63,298 nt of DNA from Actinomycetes bacterium (GTDB lineage: Bacteria > Actinomycetota > Actinomycetes > S36-B12), in assembly GCA_014190275.1 (NCBI GenBank), contig BJGE01000004.1:1-63298 (forward strand), written 5' to 3'. The position numbers were made by a program, and so were the translations under genes. Positions 59,851 to 63,298 of the stretch are shown here, piece by piece. The first letter of the stretch is position 1, and each line of letters opens with the position of its first letter. Below the pieces are notes generated by a model that was given only the letters and a program-made list of their open reading frames with translations, did not search any database and had not been told where the DNA came from.

Positions 59851-59916
59851 CGTCAGGTTAAACCATCTGTTCGGGGTACCGGCGAATGACTTTGCGAATT
59901 TGGTAACAAAGAAGTT

Positions 59917-60309
59917 CTAGTCTTGGGCTGGTACTTCGGCAACCTCGGCTGCTGCCGTGGGCACGTTCTCACGACGCTCGTGGATCTTCGCAGCCTTACC
60001 TCGCAGATCACGCAAGTAGTACAACTTGGCGCGACGCACATCGCCGCGGGTTAACAACTCGATCTTCTCAATGATCGGGGTGTGCAACGGGAAGGTGCGC
60101 TCGACCCCAACGCCATAGGAAACCTTGCGAACCGTGAAAGTTTCGCCAATGCCCGAGCCGGCCCGAGCAATCACCACACCCTGGAAAATCTGCACCCTAG
60201 TTTTGTTGCCTTCGACCACCTTTACGTGCACCTTGACGGTGTCACCTGACCGAAGGTCCGGGAGCCCGGTCTTTAGGGATGCTGCGTCAACGCTGTCGAG
60301 GGTCTTCAC
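59917..60309 (-). CDS. rplS: 50S ribosomal protein L19
   Basis: [46 protein letters not shown] and RRAKLYYLR motifs. Start taken at GTG 60309 after AGGAAG; the upstream part of the 180-aa ORF is not L19-like. Confidence 0.9.
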   Translation of the reverse strand: MKTLDSVDAASLKTGLPDLRSGDTVKVHVKVVEGNKTRVQIFQGVVIARAGSGIGETFTVRKVSYGVGVERTFPLHTPIIEKIELLTRGDVRRAKLYYLRDLRGKAAKIHERRENVPTAAAEVAEVPAQD

Positions 60310-60489
60310 CTTGGGTTCACTTCCTGTAAGCGCCACAGGACGCCCACGATTATTATTGGCCCCACTTTGGGGATCGGGAACTTCTCGTTTGCTCAAAACC
60401 GGGGGCTCCCCTGTGGCGGGGCACCTCGGGCGTGCCGCCCAAGTGTGCCATAGCCTCAATTAGCCGCCAAACCGCCCTAGATTGCCCAC

Positions 60490-61221
60490 CTAGTGCTGAA
60501 GACCATGGGTACCCGCGGCCAACTCCGGGCGCATCTGCGCCGTCCGAAGCCGGGCCTGCTCGGCCCGCCAACTGGCGATCCGCCCATGGTGCCCGCTGAG
60601 GAGCACCTCGGGCACCTCGAGCCCCCGCCATTCCTGGGGCTTGGTAAAAACCGGCCCCTCAACCAGTTGTGCCATCGACCCGGCGGCAAATGAGTCATCG
60701 GTCACGCTGGCTTCGTTACCAACAACCCCCGGAAGTAGGCGGACGACCGCCTCAACCATTACCAAGGTGGCCACCTCGCCGCCGGCCAACACATAATCGC
60801 CGATACCGACTTCGCGCACCCCCGCCCAATCACTGCGCCCTGCATAATGTTGTGCCACCCGCGCATCAATGCCCTCGTAGCGGCCGCAGGCAAAAACCAG
60901 CCACGGGTGGGTGCTCCATGCCTGGGCCATTCGTTGATCGAAAACTGCACCAGATGGGGTTGGTACCACCAATACCGGGCGCAGTGCGTTGTTGGTTGCG
61001 GCGATCTCATCCAAAGCCTCACCCCATGGCTGCGGGCCCATCACCATGCCCGGCCCTCCGCCAAATGGGGTGTCATCAACGCTGTTATGTCGATCGTGGG
61101 CGAAAGTACGTAAGTCGTGAATGTGTACCTCGATAAGTCCGGCTGCCGAGGCCTTGCCGAGCAGCGACAAAGCCAAAGGCATGAAGTAATCAGGAAAAAT
61201 AGTGACCACGTCAATTCTCAT
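60490..61221 (-). CDS. trmD: tRNA (guanine37-N1)-methyltransferase
   Basis: MRIDVVTIFPDYF, DDTPFGGGPGMVM and CGRYEGIDARV motifs. Start taken at ATG 61221 overlapping the rimM 3' end. Confidence 0.9.
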   Translation of the reverse strand: MRIDVVTIFPDYFMPLALSLLGKASAAGLIEVHIHDLRTFAHDRHNSVDDTPFGGGPGMVMGPQPWGEALDEIAATNNALRPVLVVPTPSGAVFDQRMAQAWSTHPWLVFACGRYEGIDARVAQHYAGRSDWAGVREVGIGDYVLAGGEVATLVMVEAVVRLLPGVVGNEASVTDDSFAAGSMAQLVEGPVFTKPQEWRGLEVPEVLLSGHHGRIASWRAEQARLRTAQMRPELAAGTHGLQH

Positions 61222-61732
61222 CGGTCGACTCCTCAATGAGGCCGATTGGTGGATCAATGAGAATCCGACGATTTGCCGTGTCAACGGTTGGCACGATTTG
61301 CGAGACGAATGGAATTAGAACCTCACGTCCGGTTGCTGTTACAACCGAAAGTAATTCCTGGGATGGCAAGTGAACTACTTCGTTCACTAGCCCAAGAAAA
61401 TCGCCACTCACGGTTTCGACGCGACACCCGATCAGCGCACTGTCATAGAACTCATCAGGATTTGCTGGCCGGTCCGACTCGTCGCGTTCGACTTCAACAA
61501 TGGTTCCGCGCAGGGATTCGGCGGCGCTTCGGCTTTCGTAGCCGACGAAGTTTACGAGCAGGCGGCCGGAGTGCCAATGAATCTCGCCAACGGTCAATTC
61601 GCCGGCGGCACCGTCGGCGAAAAGAACCGAACCCGGAGCAAAACGCTCATCGGGTTCGTCGGTTCGAAGTTCAACGGTTACCTGACCCCGCAGGCCGTGT
61701 GGTTTACCGATGCGGCCGACAACGACACGCAT
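61211..61732 (-). CDS. rimM: 16S rRNA processing protein RimM
   Basis: VVGRIGKPHGLRGQVTVE N-terminal motif and a PRC-barrel C-terminal half. Confidence 0.85.
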   Translation of the reverse strand: MRVVVGRIGKPHGLRGQVTVELRTDEPDERFAPGSVLFADGAAGELTVGEIHWHSGRLLVNFVGYESRSAAESLRGTIVEVERDESDRPANPDEFYDSALIGCRVETVSGDFLGLVNEVVHLPSQELLSVVTATGREVLIPFVSQIVPTVDTANRRILIDPPIGLIEESTDEN

Positions 61733-61746
61733 AAATACCCTACTTG

Positions 61747-61986
61747 TCAGCGCTCGGCGACATCGAGGAAGTCGATACGCACACCGCGACCTTCATTGAG
61801 TGCGGTGACGACCGTGCGCAGCGCCGTGGCGGTGCGGCCGGCTCGGCCTATCACCCGACCCATGTCCTGCGGATGTACCCGAACGTCGAGGCATTTGCCC
61901 CGACGCTGCTCACGCTCACTTACGAACACATCATCTGGGTTGTCAACAATGCCGCGAACTAAGTGAGCCAAGGCCTCTTCCAGCAT
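61747..61986 (-). CDS. KH-domain RNA-binding protein (YlqC-like)
   Basis: 79 aa with the GRVIGRAGRTA (GxxG) KH motif, in the conserved position between rpsP and rimM. Confidence 0.8.
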   Translation of the reverse strand: MLEEALAHLVRGIVDNPDDVFVSEREQRRGKCLDVRVHPQDMGRVIGRAGRTATALRTVVTALNEGRGVRIDFLDVAER

Positions 61987-62528
61987 CAGGAGTTGTCCGC
62001 TTCGACCACTTCGGCTATTTCGATTGCCTCGACCACTTCGGCTATTTCGATTGCCTCGACCACTTCGGCGACTTCAATCGCCGCAACAGCAGCTACGACC
62101 TCCTCGGCCGGCTTCTCCTGCGACTTCGCATCATCGGCAACGGCTACCTCGAGTTTGGGCTTCTTGACCGGGGTCTTCGGTTCTTTGGCCGCATCTTGAA
62201 TCGCGGCTTCAAATTTCACGAGCCGACTTACCTTGGGTTCAGCTACCCGCAAGGTGCCCTCGGCACCGGGCAGTCCCTTGAACTTTTGCCAATCTCCGGT
62301 CACTTTCAAAATCGCGGTTACCGCCTCGGTAGGCAGTGCACCAACTGAAAGCCAGTACTGCACCCGAGCCGAGTCGACTTTGATGACACTTGGGTCTTCC
62401 ATCGGTTGGTACAGGCCGATCTCCTCGATGGACCGACCATTACGGGCGGTGCGCGAATCAGCCACCACGATGCGGTACTGAGGTGCGTGGATCTTGCCAA
62501 GGCGCTTAAGTTTGATTTTAACGGCCAC
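61986..62528 (-). CDS. rpsP: 30S ribosomal protein S16 with acidic repeat-containing C-terminal extension
   Basis: [26 protein letters not shown] start (GTG 62528, AGGAG 11 nt upstream). The C-terminal segment of roughly 80 aa is a non-S16 extension ending in EVVEAIEIA repeats. Confidence 0.9.
   Translation of the reverse strand: MAVKIKLKRLGKIHAPQYRIVVADSRTARNGRSIEEIGLYQPMEDPSVIKVDSARVQYWLSVGALPTEAVTAILKVTGDWQKFKGLPGAEGTLRVAEPKVSRLVKFEAAIQDAAKEPKTPVKKPKLEVAVADDAKSQEKPAEEVVAAVAAIEVAEVVEAIEIAEVVEAIEIAEVVEADNS
62002..62082 (-). repeat. Three tandem 27-bp coding repeats at the rpsP 3' end
   Basis: Plus-strand copies of tcgaccacttcggctatttcgattgcc start at 62002 and 62029 (identical). A diverged third copy starts at 62056. 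They encode (A)EVVEAIEI units. Confidence 0.85.
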
Positions 62529-63297
62529 GGTGGGCTTTTCTCCTGTTTTTAGGCGGTGCGCGCCGGCAATCGCGTGGGGACACGATGTTCGACGAAAACC
62601 TTGCGGGCTGCCAACCGGAAGGATAGAGGGCCAACCGGGCGGCTAGACGCCCATAGTGTGCCAGATCGTCAACGGTGCCCTGACCACGGGTGGTTCTTTG
62701 GGTCTGCCAGCCGGTCAGTGCCCAACGTGCCCAGTGTCCGGCATCGGCTGAGTTGGCGGAATTCGATCGGGGTCGGGCCAGCACCTGCACCTGGGGTAGT
62801 GGGGTTAGCGGCGGCGAGGGTGCATCGGCGGTGGCTGGGCCAAACGGGGTCTCCCACCAGGTGACGGCACTCGGACAGACCTGCAGCACCCGCAAACCAA
62901 ATATTCCGGCGGACTTGGGCCACCGAACCGTCATCGGAAAGAAGAGCGGGGTCGCAAATGGGCTCGGGGGCCCGTCAATAGTCCAGGTGATCTGCTGGCC
63001 GCCACCAGCAAGGGGCGCCCTCGATGCCGTCCAACCGCTAACGGCGGCCGGCTTTATCGCACCCCAGGGCGCACCGGCGAACGCAATAACTTGGATGGTT
63101 CCACCGACATCGCTTAAGCACCCGTGCTGAATTTCAAGGGTCATGGAACTGGATTTCCCGGCGACCGCGGCCACTTCCTTTAAGTCAATGATCGCGTGCG
63201 CTTTTGCCGGCGGACTACAGACCAATACGGACCCTAGGGCAAGGCATCCGAGCGCCGCGCAAAAAGTTAGCCACCGCCCTGCTGACAAGTCCATCAC
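62518..63297 (-). CDS. YcnI/DUF1775-like secreted copper-binding protein with an atypical tail
   Basis: Signal peptide ending AKA, followed by HAIIDLKEV (N-terminal His after cleavage). [23 protein letters not shown] and APSPPLTP features resemble DUF1775 as I remember it. The last 90 aa or so are Arg/Trp-rich with no TM helix and overlap the rpsP Shine-Dalgarno sequence and start. Confidence 0.55.
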   Translation of the reverse strand: MMDLSAGRWLTFCAALGCLALGSVLVCSPPAKAHAIIDLKEVAAVAGKSSSMTLEIQHGCLSDVGGTIQVIAFAGAPWGAIKPAAVSGWTASRAPLAGGGQQITWTIDGPPSPFATPLFFPMTVRWPKSAGIFGLRVLQVCPSAVTWWETPFGPATADAPSPPLTPLPQVQVLARPRSNSANSADAGHWARWALTGWQTQRTTRGQGTVDDLAHYGRLAARLALYPSGWQPARFSSNIVSPRDCRRAPPKNRRKAHRGR

Positions 63298-63298
63298 C

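Noticed and set aside
60353-60698. ORFs of 92 and 73 aa in and around the trmD-rplS spacer, plus the N-terminal part of the 180-aa rplS ORF.
   Set aside because: They are Gly/Arg/Ala-rich translations with no motifs. L19 homology starts only at the GTG at 60309, so the region is better explained as an untranslated leader.
1-63298. CRISPR arrays, rRNA/tRNA genes, transposases, integrases, toxin-antitoxin pairs or known defence systems.
   Set aside because: I saw no spaced identical repeats, no cloverleaf-sized conserved segments in the short intergenic regions, and no ORFs with recombinase, nuclease or toxin signatures. Essentially all space is occupied by the genes listed above.

Overview
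GC-rich, gene-dense chromosomal segment with the gene content and order of an actinobacterium (Actinomycetota). Almost everything is on the minus strand and many genes are joined by ATGA/GTGA/TGATG stop-start overlaps. From the right end to the left, in transcription order, the blocks are as follows. (1) A YcnI/DUF1775-like copper protein. (2) rpsP, a KH-protein gene, rimM, trmD, rplS and two tandem lepB genes. (3) A tightly packed accessory operon for a divergent heme-copper oxidase: CuA-like cupredoxin, CoxII, CoxI, CoxIII-like, CopD-like, an unknown membrane protein and an HPP protein, with a divergent CtaG assembly gene and a neighbouring secreted beta-propeller protein. (4) The complete dcw cell-division/cell-wall cluster, mraZ-rsmH-ftsL-ftsI-murE-murF-mraY-murD-ftsW-murG-murC-ftsQ-ftsZ-pgeF-yggS-sepF-yggT-divIVA. 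(5) ileS (plus strand), a DksA/TraR-like gene, lspA, rluD and dnaE. (6) A his-trp supra-operon, hisDCBH-priA-hisF ... hisI-trpE ... trpCBA, interrupted by membrane-protein genes and a two-component system. (7) A DsbA-like gene, lgt, and a 3'-truncated gltB that is absent from the supplied ORF track because it is open at the window edge. I found no rRNA, tRNA, CRISPR array, transposase, integrase or recognisable defence system. Most of the window is ordinary core genome. The most unusual part is the oxidase/copper operon (about 50.7-58.4 kb). Its subunit I carries a two-helix N-terminal extension and, by my manual alignment, lacks the K-pathway Lys/Thr and the Mg-site Asp while keeping the D-pathway and all redox ligands. 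Smaller items are a strong G-quadruplex motif plus homopolymers in the ftsQ-ftsZ spacer, several in-frame coding tandem repeats, candidate operators, and a YcnI-like ORF whose tail runs over the rpsP start. All calls come from reading the sequence and remembered family motifs. No database search or computation was run.
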